DNA of 64,000 bases from an uncultured Pirellulales bacterium. Its GTDB lineage: Bacteria; Planctomycetota; Phycisphaerae; Sedimentisphaerales; Anaerobacaceae. The notes beneath the pieces were generated by a model. It was not told where the DNA came from. It was given only the letters and a program-made list of their open reading frames with translations, and searched no databases. The translations under genes were made by a program, and so were the position numbers. Numbering within the stretch: the first letter of the stretch is position 1; each line of letters begins with the position of its first letter. Location: NCBI GenBank assembly GCA_964628465.1, contig CAZVOA010000008.1:41322-105321 (forward strand), read 5' to 3'. Below are positions 35,234 through 44,333 of this stretch, piece by piece.

Positions 35234-37150
35234 ATGAGTAATTTTCTTGAACATATAAACAGCCCGGCTGATGTGAAAAAATTATCCGTTCCGCAGCTCG
35301 TCGAATTGGCTGATGAAATACGAAATTATATAATAGAATGTGTTAGCAAGACCGGCGGCCACCTGGCCAGTAATCTCGGCGTAGTCGAACTTACCCTCGC
35401 GCTGCATTGCGTTTTCGATTTCCAATCGGATAAACTCCTCTGGGACGTGGGCCATCAATGCTACACGCATAAAATAATTACCGGCAGGAAAGAACCATTT
35501 GCAAATCTTCGTCACGCCGAAGGTGTAAGCGGCTTTCCAAATCCGGCAGAGAGCGATTACGACCAGTTCATGGTCGGTCACGCAGGTACGGCTATTACAA
35601 CCGCTATCGGTATGGCACTCGGCGAGCAGATAAAAACTGAACAGAACAAAACGAATAAAGCTGACGAACCAAAAATCGTTTCGGTAGTCGGTGACGCATG
35701 TATCGTGAACGGGACATCGTTCGAGGGTCTGAACAATCTCGGTCTCGTTAAAAGACAAATGCTCATCGTACTAAATGACAATTCGATGGCGATAGACGCG
35801 ACGGTCGGCGCGATGGCGAAATATTTCTCGAAAGTAAGGCTCAGCCAGACTTATGAGGATTTGCGAAAGACTACAAGTAATATTCTCGAACACATGCCGA
35901 TATTCGGTAAAAGCGTTGAAGAAGCACTTGAGCGTTTTAAGAAAGGCATCAGAATGGCGCTGCCCGCGAGCCAGATGTTCGAGAGCATGAATATTCCATA
36001 TTTCGGCCCGGTCGATGGTCACGATATCGGCTCGCTGATTCAATTGTTCGAGGGATTGTCGGAACTGAACCACCCTGTTATTCTGCATGTTTATACGAAG
36101 AAAGGCAAAGGTTTCAGCCCTGCCGACCAGACACCGGCGCAATTTCACTCCACCGGCCCGTTCAAATTGAACGGAGATGGTGACGCGATAGAACCGCCTT
36201 CCCAGCCGAGTAAATGCACGTTTACAAAATCATTCGGCAACCATCTCGCTGAACTTGCAGAAAAGGATGACAAAATCATAGCGATTACTTCGGCCATGTG
36301 CGACGGCACAGGTTTGAATAATTTCAAGGAAAGGCATCCGGGCAGATTCTATGATGTAGGAATCGCCGAAAGTGCCGCCGTTGACATCGCGGCCGGACTG
36401 GCGAAAACCGGGTACAAGCCGGTTGTGTGTATTTATTCGACCTTCCTCCAGAGAGGCTTCGACCAGATTGCGCAGGACGTCGCGCTGCAAAATCTGCCTG
36501 TAATATTCTGCATTGACAGAGCGGGCCTTGTCGGCTCAGACGGCCCAACGCATCACGGCCTGCTCGATATCGGTTTTCTGCGGATGATTCCTAATCTCGT
36601 TCTAATCGCGCCGGCAAACGATACCGAAATGAAACTCGCTCTCGAATTCGCGCTGAATCATAAAACTCCAGTCGCTATCAGGTATCCGAAAGATAATGTC
36701 CCCGATGACAACCAGGTTCCATCGGCATGCAAGAAACCGTTCGAGGAAGGAAAGAGTGTCACTGTAAAAACACATAAGGACTCGAATATAGATATAGTTG
36801 CATACGGAAGCTTGTTGACACAGGCGCTCGAAGCGGAAGAAATTCTCGCGAAAGAAGGAATTCACGCGAACGTAATTAACGCAAGGTTCGCAGCTCCGAT
36901 TGACGATAAAATTATTAACCTGATAAAACAGGGCAAAAAAATAATTACCGTCGAGGACCATACAATCGAGTGCGGCTTCGGTTCGGCTGTTCTCGAACTG
37001 GCCGTACAGAGCAGCCACGCGGTGAAAAATATAAAAATACTTGGTACTCCAAGAAGATTTATCGGACATGACTTAAGAAATACACAAATTTCTCTGACTG
37101 GAATAAGCACTGAAAAAATTGTCGAGGCGGCAAGAGAATTAGCTCGTTAG
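35234..37150 (+). CDS. dxs: 1-deoxy-D-xylulose-5-phosphate synthase
   Basis: 638 aa. N-terminus LLxxINSPADVKKLSVPQLVELADEIR. GHLASNLGVVELTLALH. WDVGHQCYTHKIITGR. TPP-binding GDACIVNGTSFEGLNN. DRAGLVGSDGPTHHG. Confidence 0.97.
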   Translation: MSNFLEHINSPADVKKLSVPQLVELADEIRNYIIECVSKTGGHLASNLGVVELTLALHCVFDFQSDKLLWDVGHQCYTHKIITGRKEPFANLRHAEGVSGFPNPAESDYDQFMVGHAGTAITTAIGMALGEQIKTEQNKTNKADEPKIVSVVGDACIVNGTSFEGLNNLGLVKRQMLIVLNDNSMAIDATVGAMAKYFSKVRLSQTYEDLRKTTSNILEHMPIFGKSVEEALERFKKGIRMALPASQMFESMNIPYFGPVDGHDIGSLIQLFEGLSELNHPVILHVYTKKGKGFSPADQTPAQFHSTGPFKLNGDGDAIEPPSQPSKCTFTKSFGNHLAELAEKDDKIIAITSAMCDGTGLNNFKERHPGRFYDVGIAESAAVDIAAGLAKTGYKPVVCIYSTFLQRGFDQIAQDVALQNLPVIFCIDRAGLVGSDGPTHHGLLDIGFLRMIPNLVLIAPANDTEMKLALEFALNHKTPVAIRYPKDNVPDDNQVPSACKKPFEEGKSVTVKTHKDSNIDIVAYGSLLTQALEAEEILAKEGIHANVINARFAAPIDDKIINLIKQGKKIITVEDHTIECGFGSAVLELAVQSSHAVKNIKILGTPRRFIGHDLRNTQISLTGISTEKIVEAARELAR

Positions 37151-37164
37151 TGAGAGGACTGAAA

Positions 37165-38085
37165 ATGGAAAAGTTGACGAAGCTTGTTATATTCGGCGAT
37201 CCGCAAAAGAGCGGCGTAACCGAAGCTATTGGCCAATTTACTGATTTCGCGAGGGAAAAGACCAATATAATCGGCAATTATAATGTTATGGAGCTTCATA
37301 CTTCATCCTTAAATTATGACAGCCGTGTGAATCCGTTGAAAGCTGAAATTCAAAACGTTCTCAAAGAATGCGATTTCGCGGTTGTCTTCGGCGGCGACGG
37401 CAGCATTATCTGTACGGCGAGAGTTGTAAGCGAAGCAAATGTTCCCGTCATTGGTGTCAACGTCGGCAAGCTCGGCTTTCTCGCTGAATTCAGCGTAGAA
37501 GAACTGAAAACGCTGTTTCCGAAGATTATCGAAGGTGAGATTCAAATCGAAAAACGAATGATGCTCGACTGCCGGGTTTTACATCCCAAGTCAGAAAACA
37601 GCGGCGAAGAAAAGTTCTGCGCCTCGGCAATTAATGACGTTTACATTACCGCCGGGCCTCCGTTCAGAATGATTGAGTTGAAGATTCATGTTGACGGCCA
37701 GCCGTTAGTGGGATGCGTAAGCGACGGACTGATTATTTCCACACCGACCGGCTCAACGGCCTATAATCTTTCAGCAGGCGGGCCTATTGTCTCATCGAAA
37801 ATGGATGCGATAGTCATTACACCGATTTGCCCGCACTCACTGGCTTTCCGCCCGATTGTGATAAACGCGCAAAGCACAATAGAGGTAATCGGCCTGCGCG
37901 TCAACGAAGGCACGACATTATCGGTAGATGGCCAGATCTCGCTGAAATTTTCGAGTCACGAAACACTGAAAATCAGCAGGAAAAGCGGCTCATTTCTGAT
38001 TGTCAAAAATCCGCTTTTAAGCCAATGGGATACATTAGCCGCTAAACTGGGATGGGGTGAAAAGCCGAAATACAATAAGAATTAA
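37165..38085 (+). CDS. nadK: NAD(+) kinase
   Basis: GGDGSIICTAR (GGDG motif). NDVYI. DGLIISTPTGSTAYNLSAGGPIV. ATG at 37165 chosen over the GTG at 37150, which overlaps the dxs stop. Confidence 0.92.
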   Translation: MEKLTKLVIFGDPQKSGVTEAIGQFTDFAREKTNIIGNYNVMELHTSSLNYDSRVNPLKAEIQNVLKECDFAVVFGGDGSIICTARVVSEANVPVIGVNVGKLGFLAEFSVEELKTLFPKIIEGEIQIEKRMMLDCRVLHPKSENSGEEKFCASAINDVYITAGPPFRMIELKIHVDGQPLVGCVSDGLIISTPTGSTAYNLSAGGPIVSSKMDAIVITPICPHSLAFRPIVINAQSTIEVIGLRVNEGTTLSVDGQISLKFSSHETLKISRKSGSFLIVKNPLLSQWDTLAAKLGWGEKPKYNKN

Positions 38086-38122
38086 CAATAAGATTTATTG
38101 TATTTTGCAGGTATTCCGCATT

Positions 38123-39523
38123 ATGAGAAAAAGGTTGTTTTGTATCGCCGCGTTCGTGCTTGTTTGCTTATGCGTTTCCACGATATATGCGCAAATGCCC
38201 TACGGTTCCAACCAGGGAACGAATACAAACTCCGGCATGTCCGGCCTCAACTCGTTTATGAGGAATTCCTCGCAGGGAGATGGCCTGTCAAAATACCTGA
38301 CCAACAATAATTCGACTAATCGAAACAATCCATCTCATACAGCGACCGAAGCCGCATCGCAGCAGAGCGGGACGGGACTTTCTTATTTGAATTCTCCTTT
38401 ACTCGGCACAACACAGGCAGGAAATCTCTCGCAAAACAAATCGTATCAGTCTGGTTTGCCGAATACGAGCGGCTTGGGCGGCTCGAATTCACTTTCGCAA
38501 CAGTACCTTTCCCAGTCATCGCAAACGCAGAATTTACTGAGCGATTATAATCTTCAGAATAATCGTCAGCCGCAAACAAATCAGGAAGACATCACGCAAG
38601 CACTGACAAATATTATGGCTCAGATTAATTCTTTGCAGCAGAAAATAGATGCTGTTGGTAACAACAATAACGCCCCGCCGGTGAGCAGTACGAACCGCTT
38701 TATAAATACTTCCAGCCCGATTAACCTTGCCGCACCGAGTGACATGTATTCGGGAATGGAAAGTAATTCCGGCGGCTATTCAAGAAATAATTCGAGCCAG
38801 AGCATGTATCAGTCCGGCATAGATTCGTCTTCTTCGCGGATGGTTACGCCGCAGTATGACTTAAACAATTACGCGAACACAAAGCAGCAGAATTCTTCTA
38901 ACAATTCGCTCGACGAGATAAAAGCCAAGCTCGATGAAATGTCGAGGTCGATTGATACGCATATGCAAACGAATAATAATACAAGCGGCTACGCTGCGGT
39001 AAATCCTTCACGCAATGTTGAGCCGCAGAATAATGATTTTCGTTCATATTCGCAATCGCAGTTCGACAGATATTATAACACTGGGCAGGACCAGCTCAGA
39101 CGCGGCAATTATTACGAAGCGGCTGATTCGTTTACGCTCGCTTGTGTTTACGAGCCGGAGAATCCGGTTTGCTACGCCGGGCAGGGACACGCCTTGTTCG
39201 CAGCCGGACAGTTCGTCAGCAGTGCGTTATATATTATCAGGGCGATAGAACTGAACCCGGACTATATGCAAACCAATACCGACCTTATGTTGATTATCGG
39301 CAGCCGTGACGTTGTATTGTCGAGAACTAATGAGCTTGAGCAATTGCTGAGAAAGGCCCCCGCATCCGGCTTGCAGATTCTCGCCGCTTACGTATATTAC
39401 AGAACAGGCAGACTGGCCGAAGCAAGACAAATAATCAACGCCGTCTATCAGGAAACCCCAAACTCAAGAGCCGCCATCGCTCTTAAAATAGCGATAGACA
39501 CAAAAATTAATTATGCACGATGA
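38123..39523 (+). CDS. secreted protein with a long S/N/Q-rich low-complexity region and C-terminal TPR repeats
   Basis: Signal peptide MRKRLFCIAAFVLVCLCVSTIYA. About 300 aa are dominated by S, N, Q and T. The C-terminal part (GNYYEAADSFTLACVYEPENPVCYAGQGHALFAAGQFVSSALYIIRAIELNPDY) is TPR-like. Start moved to the ATG at 38123. Confidence 0.7.
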   Translation: MRKRLFCIAAFVLVCLCVSTIYAQMPYGSNQGTNTNSGMSGLNSFMRNSSQGDGLSKYLTNNNSTNRNNPSHTATEAASQQSGTGLSYLNSPLLGTTQAGNLSQNKSYQSGLPNTSGLGGSNSLSQQYLSQSSQTQNLLSDYNLQNNRQPQTNQEDITQALTNIMAQINSLQQKIDAVGNNNNAPPVSSTNRFINTSSPINLAAPSDMYSGMESNSGGYSRNNSSQSMYQSGIDSSSSRMVTPQYDLNNYANTKQQNSSNNSLDEIKAKLDEMSRSIDTHMQTNNNTSGYAAVNPSRNVEPQNNDFRSYSQSQFDRYYNTGQDQLRRGNYYEAADSFTLACVYEPENPVCYAGQGHALFAAGQFVSSALYIIRAIELNPDYMQTNTDLMLIIGSRDVVLSRTNELEQLLRKAPASGLQILAAYVYYRTGRLAEARQIINAVYQETPNSRAAIALKIAIDTKINYAR

Positions 39524-39585
39524 TAGCCGAGTCACGAGAGAAGAGGGACGATGGACGAGTGACGAAATTCTTACTGTAAAAAAAC

Positions 39586-39607
39586 GTAGGGTGCGTTAAA
39601 ACGCACC
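39586..39607 (+). repeat. GTAGGGTGCG hairpin repeat, copy 3
   Basis: GTAGGGTGCGT-TAAA-ACGCACC on the plus strand, 63 nt downstream of the stop of the plus-strand TPR gene. Confidence 0.6.
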
Positions 39608-39625
39608 ATTTCAGACATTATTATC

Positions 39626-39652
39626 CGCAGATATTCGCAGATGAACGCAGAT
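39626..39652. repeat. three CGCAGAT heptamers at exact 10-nt phasing
   Basis: CGCAGAT starts at 39626, 39636 and 39646. This is the inverted counterpart of 34971-34997. Confidence 0.75.
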
Positions 39653-40026
39653 TAATTGAATCAAAAATCTTTACTATATACGCTCTTTTTTAACGCAATA
39701 CTCATCACGCACAAAGCAAAACGAGTTACCTCAAGCGAAGGCGTTGAGAACGGAAAGAAAAACAGAACAAATAATAGAGTCATTAAGTAAAATTGTCCTT
39801 GCAAATCCTCAATCCCAAAAATAAAATATGGTAGTAAAGTGAAATTACTTTGATTTGAGCACCATGACTATGAGATTTATATTGAATTGACACCGACGGG
39901 GACGGAGTCTGAGCATTTGATAGTTCTTATCTTTTGCAGACATTTGTTGTCAATAACAAAATATCTATTATCATTAGGGAATATTAACGGTAAAAGGATA
40001 TAATAACTTGTTAGAAGGGAGCAACC

Positions 40027-40476
40027 ATGAAATTGTTTATACTTTGCATATGCATACCCTTATGTCTTCTCTCCGGGTGTACGAAAACACCCAAAGAGTA
40101 CTCTACACACGGCATTTCATTGATTACTATGGATTCGAAATGGAAGAATGAATGCAGCGGTATAGATGTTGATGTTCACCGCAAAATGGCCAATTGGATT
40201 ATTAACAATGAAGGAGCCAAGAGTGATCCCACCTATAAAGCCAATTCTAATTCATGGAAGACTGGTAAAAACAAAGAAAACGATCAAAAGGAGTGTATCA
40301 TCTCAAGCCTGGAATTCATTGATGCAAACAACAACACCAATATGATTAAGACTATTTGTATTTACGACAAGGGCCTTTTACTGATTGAATGCACTTCAAC
40401 AGATGACCAGACAACAATAGCACTCAGAAATGAGATTGTCAGTACTCTTAATTCAAAAGGTTTCAAATGTATATAA
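40027..40476 (+). CDS. small lipoprotein, unknown function
   Basis: Lipobox CLLSGC after a hydrophobic N-terminus. AAGGGAG ribosome-binding site 6 nt upstream of the ATG. 149 aa. Confidence 0.6.
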   Translation: MKLFILCICIPLCLLSGCTKTPKEYSTHGISLITMDSKWKNECSGIDVDVHRKMANWIINNEGAKSDPTYKANSNSWKTGKNKENDQKECIISSLEFIDANNNTNMIKTICIYDKGLLLIECTSTDDQTTIALRNEIVSTLNSKGFKCI

Positions 40477-40514
40477 AATATGATAACTGTCCCTAATAAA
40501 TCGAAGGAAAATTG

Positions 40515-40841
40515 ATGGTGTCAGAAAGAAAACCATCTAGTACGAGGGCCAGAAGTAAATGGGTTGGCTATTCTCTCAACATTCTATCTGCGTGCAATGC
40601 ACTAAGACTTCTTAGTATCCCCGCTGGCAGTAATCTATTCATGGGATTTGAGGCGTTTCTCATTCTGGCAATCTCTGGCCTTGGATTACTCATTGGCATC
40701 CCATTAGCATTTAGAGATCTGAGAAAAGGTTGTAGTAAGATAGATGTTTCGTTGGGGGTTGCTTTGTCACTGACTCCACTACCTCTCTACTTCCTATTAG
40801 TTGGGCTCATTGCGAACGCAAAGCAGTTTACCTTTTATTAG
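40515..40841 (+). CDS. small membrane protein, unknown function
   Basis: About 108-aa ORF with 2-3 hydrophobic segments (FLILAISGLGLLIGIPLAF, LSLTPLPLYFLLVGLIA). AAGGAAA lies upstream of the ATG at 40515. Confidence 0.4.
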   Translation: MVSERKPSSTRARSKWVGYSLNILSACNALRLLSIPAGSNLFMGFEAFLILAISGLGLLIGIPLAFRDLRKGCSKIDVSLGVALSLTPLPLYFLLVGLIANAKQFTFY

Positions 40842-40859
40842 ACATAACATGGGAATCCA

Positions 40860-41312
40860 TTGAGACCGCTCGCAAGCTCGCGTCTCGTGATTCTCGCCTT
40901 TAGAACTACTGGTATATCTAAGATGAATGAATGGTACTCAAAGCTAAATAGACCTCCTCTGGCGCCTCCGAATTGGGTATTTGGACCAGTCTGGACGGTC
41001 CTCTATATCATGATTGCAATATCACTGATTCTGTATATCAAACAGACTCGTCAGAACCCTACCTATTGGGCCTACGCTGCAATCATTCTTCATCTAATAA
41101 CAAACCTTGCATGGACTGGGATTTTCTTTGGCCTTCAAAGACCCGGCTGGGCACTTTTGGATATTTTACTCCTTGACATTACACTCGCTTTATTGATCGT
41201 ACACTTCTGGCAAAGAGTAAAGCCATCATCAGTTCTTCTGTGGCCCTACCTTGGGTGGGTATTATTTGCAACATATCTGAACGGAGGTTTCTACTTTCTC
41301 AACAAGTTTTAA
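40860..41312 (+). CDS. TspO/MBR family tryptophan-rich sensory protein (N-terminally short)
   Basis: WYSKLNRPPLAPPNWVFGPVWTVLYIMIAISL ... NLAWTGIFFGLQRP ... WPYLGWVLFATYLN are TspO hallmarks. The TTG start at 40860 is uncertain; the first ATG is at 40923. Confidence 0.8.
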   Translation: MRPLASSRLVILAFRTTGISKMNEWYSKLNRPPLAPPNWVFGPVWTVLYIMIAISLILYIKQTRQNPTYWAYAAIILHLITNLAWTGIFFGLQRPGWALLDILLLDITLALLIVHFWQRVKPSSVLLWPYLGWVLFATYLNGGFYFLNKF

Positions 41313-41394
41313 CCAGCGGTTTCAAAGGGACAGCCTGAAGACCGCCCCTGATTCGCAACATTAGCAAACACAAGTAGTATAAAATAGACAGTTA

Positions 41395-41431
41395 AAGCTT
41401 CATATTTCTGATGAGATGTGAGGCTTTTTTT
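41395..41431 (+). terminator. candidate rho-independent terminator after the TspO-family gene
   Basis: AAGCTTCA ... TGAGGCTT stem with one mismatch, followed by T7. Confidence 0.4.
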
Positions 41432-41667
41432 ATTAAAAGAATACAGGACTAAGACTTCAGAATAAAAGCGGATAGTAATTTATTGGAGATTGCCGCATCG
41501 TCCTGCAGCCCCTAGCAATGACATCTTTTTGTGTTTTTTGTGCCTCTTGGTGGCTATATCTTCGCGTTTTTTTTTACAAACAATTTACACAACAATCGGT
41601 CATGTCGAGAGTATAATATCTGCATGTAGAGAATATGAGATAACAACTTAATTAAGGAGATTTCAAA

Positions 41668-42681
41668 ATGAAGATTTCAATCTTAATTACCGCCTGTTTG
41701 TTTGTAATGTCGGGTTCGGTAAACGCAGGACAACAAAAAACGAAAGCTCAACAGATTTTACAGCGTTATCTGGATGTACCTGCTACTCAGGAGAACAGGT
41801 ACGGTGACGAACTTCAGAAGCGGCTGAATATTCTGGCCGAACTGAATTCTACTCCCGATGAATCTATAGATGTAATCGATAAGATGTTACCTTCCATCGA
41901 GAATCCCCTGCAGCGAGCCGAAATAGCTGATTATCTTGGACGAAATATACAAACGAAGAAGTCGGCTGATGTTTTATTTAAGTTATTGAAAGATACCGAT
42001 TCAGAAGTACGAGCAACCGCTATTCACTCTATTCGTCTGTTATCAAGACGAATAGACCGCATAGGCGCGTCACGTATTCAACTAATTCCTGATAACAGGT
42101 CCGGTGCGGAGAAGGAAAGAGCTATGCGTGAGGCATTGATACGAGGCGAGACTCCGCAAAGGATGGAATATATTCAACCTCAGGACGAAAGGCTCTATGA
42201 GTATGCGGAATTTGAGCCTAAAGTCAAAGGGCTTGTACCTTACCTTATAACAGCGGCTAATGATTCTTTAGAGAGTAACAGGATAGGAGTGTTGTCTGCC
42301 CTGGCCGATTCGCGCGATCCGTTAGCCGTGATTCAGATTCGTAAGATGCTCAAGGATTCTAATGAAAAAATACAGTTATACGCGGCGTGTTTTCTTACGG
42401 AATATCAGGATGCTTCGGGATTGTTTGTATTGAAAAGTGCGTTAAAGAAATTCAGCGAAAGTGATGACGAAAAACCTGAATTTGAGTTCACATATTATGT
42501 CCAGATTGAAATGCTTATAGCTTCGTTCGAGAGAATTACAGGTAAAAGCTTCGGTCCAATTCCGATGAGTCCTTCTTTATCAAGCGACACAAGGCAATTC
42601 GAGCCGCTAAAGAAAGCACATAAAAACCTTCTTAAAATTTGGTCACAATGGTGGGCGTGGGAACCGAAAAGCGTAAATTGA
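41668..42681 (+). CDS. secreted HEAT-repeat protein
   Basis: Signal peptide MKISILITACLFVMSGSVNA. HEAT-like repeats LLKDTDSEVRATAIHSIRLL and ALADSRDPLAVIQIRKMLKDSNEKIQLYAACFL. AAGGAG ribosome-binding site. Confidence 0.7.
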   Translation: MKISILITACLFVMSGSVNAGQQKTKAQQILQRYLDVPATQENRYGDELQKRLNILAELNSTPDESIDVIDKMLPSIENPLQRAEIADYLGRNIQTKKSADVLFKLLKDTDSEVRATAIHSIRLLSRRIDRIGASRIQLIPDNRSGAEKERAMREALIRGETPQRMEYIQPQDERLYEYAEFEPKVKGLVPYLITAANDSLESNRIGVLSALADSRDPLAVIQIRKMLKDSNEKIQLYAACFLTEYQDASGLFVLKSALKKFSESDDEKPEFEFTYYVQIEMLIASFERITGKSFGPIPMSPSLSSDTRQFEPLKKAHKNLLKIWSQWWAWEPKSVN

Positions 42682-42800
42682 TTCTCAATTTCATAAAATA
42701 TTAACATTATTTTCGTTACTTTCATCAGTTTTGAGTGCTAATATATTATATAGTTACGCTGTTTTTATAAATTGCTTCAAGGATAATAAGGAAAATATAG

Positions 42801-44249
42801 ATGGGAAAAGCAAAATATATTATCACTGCAATAACGTTGGTTTTATTAAGTACAGAATTATCGATTTCCGCGGAAAAGCCTATCTCGAATACTCGTCAGG
42901 CAAATTGTATCGTACAGGTAACAATAGATAAGACCGCCCTGCAGCTTAGCTTTAACGCGATTGAAAGCATCTTTCAAAGTTCAGGAGTGAAAGGTCAAGC
43001 CGCTCTTGAGATACTTAGCGCAGATTCAGATAAAGTAAAAGTCTCTATCGAGAATCAAAACGACAATACGACTACCAGCGGCACATTTTTATGCGAATTA
43101 AATGTCAGTTTGAGTGAAGATGCCAAACCGGCCGCTAATGAAATTGCTAAAGCCTTAATCCAGAACCTGCGAGACAGTTTAATCAAGTCTTTTGAATATT
43201 ATAAAACAGAACTTCTTACGCAAATCGGTATTGCACAGGAACAATACAAAGAATCTCTGTCAATTCTTGATAAATCTGTTGAGCAGGCAATGAAGATTAC
43301 AGCGATTCCCGTTAGTGAAAATATTGAAGGAAACGAAAAAGTTTACAAGGAACTTGATAAAGTTGTTGACCTTTCACATATACGGCCAGAGATGAGTTTT
43401 GCTCAGGTGTTGGATGAAATTAAAAAGGCGGCTCCGACATTGAATATTCAACCTCACTGGCGAGACCTTGCGGAGATACCAGATATACAACCAACTACGC
43501 AAGCAGAAATGGAACCAATAAAAAAAATCAGTGTAAGTGCTGCTATTGATATCTTGTTATCTAATTTAGGTACAGTGGATTGCCCTCTCGGTTATGGTGT
43601 TAGAGATAGTGTTGTTCTGATTGCATCTGTAGATATTCTTCCTTCTGATATGGAGACTTATATTTATGAAATACCACCACTTGCTGATCCGGGACAAAAT
43701 ACTGATAAAATTATTCGTACTATTCAGGAAACAATAGAACCAGAAAGCTGGTACGATACAAGTGATATAGGATATTGTACTATCGAGCCGGTAATGGATA
43801 ACCAGTTCACGATTACGAATGCGCACGATGTACATAAAAAAGTAATGAAATTATTAGAGACAATCAATTATAAGATACCTGCGGAAGCAATATTAACTTT
43901 ACCAGTTGAAACTCTCCTTAAAGACAAGCAGGAACTAACAGAAAAGAAACGTAACCTCGAAACAGATTTAGCAAGATTGAAAGCCCAAATAAAAGTTGTT
44001 AATAACCTGACCCAATTATCTGAGATACAGGTTGAACTTGCCGGAAAAGATGCGGAATTTCAGGTGGTTGAGAAACATCTCGATGAAATAGAAAAACAGA
44101 TACAAGCCGCGGCGAATACCGATCTGAAAATACTGAAAGTCAGACAGTCAATAAAATCTGTTGATATTGCTGAACAACGCCTGAACGAACTTGAAAAAAT
44201 AAAATCAAACATGCTACCACCGCAGGTTATTGCGATTGGATTAGAATAA
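42801..44249 (+). CDS. secreted protein with a C-terminal coiled coil, unknown function
   Basis: 482-aa ORF with signal/anchor segment YIITAITLVLLSTELSISA. The C-terminal ~120 aa are heptad-like (KKRNLETDLARLKAQIKVVNNLTQLSEIQVELAGKDAEFQ). Confidence 0.6.
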   Translation: MGKAKYIITAITLVLLSTELSISAEKPISNTRQANCIVQVTIDKTALQLSFNAIESIFQSSGVKGQAALEILSADSDKVKVSIENQNDNTTTSGTFLCELNVSLSEDAKPAANEIAKALIQNLRDSLIKSFEYYKTELLTQIGIAQEQYKESLSILDKSVEQAMKITAIPVSENIEGNEKVYKELDKVVDLSHIRPEMSFAQVLDEIKKAAPTLNIQPHWRDLAEIPDIQPTTQAEMEPIKKISVSAAIDILLSNLGTVDCPLGYGVRDSVVLIASVDILPSDMETYIYEIPPLADPGQNTDKIIRTIQETIEPESWYDTSDIGYCTIEPVMDNQFTITNAHDVHKKVMKLLETINYKIPAEAILTLPVETLLKDKQELTEKKRNLETDLARLKAQIKVVNNLTQLSEIQVELAGKDAEFQVVEKHLDEIEKQIQAAANTDLKILKVRQSIKSVDIAEQRLNELEKIKSNMLPPQVIAIGLE

Positions 44250-44265
44250 GATATAGTGCAAAAGT

Positions 44266-44309
44266 CATAAGAGCATAAGTGCAAGAATATTTAATCCTAT
44301 GCTCTTATG
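44266..44309. terminator. candidate bidirectional hairpin between convergent genes
   Basis: A perfect 11-bp inverted repeat, CATAAGAGCAT (44266-44276) and ATGCTCTTATG (44299-44309), lies between the stops at 44249 (+) and 44334 (-). It is built from CATAAG words that also occur at 35160-35227. Confidence 0.4.
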
Positions 44310-44333
44310 CCCTTATGTTCTTTTGTTCTTGTT

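Noticed and set aside
39524-40026. Possible tRNA or small structured RNA genes in the larger intergenic gaps (39524-40026, 41313-41667, 59285-59658, 61191-61495).
   Set aside because: I could not find a cloverleaf-compatible arrangement (acceptor stem plus GTTC-type T-loop) or other recognisable RNA motifs. A covariance-model scan (tRNAscan-SE, Infernal/Rfam) would be needed to exclude them.
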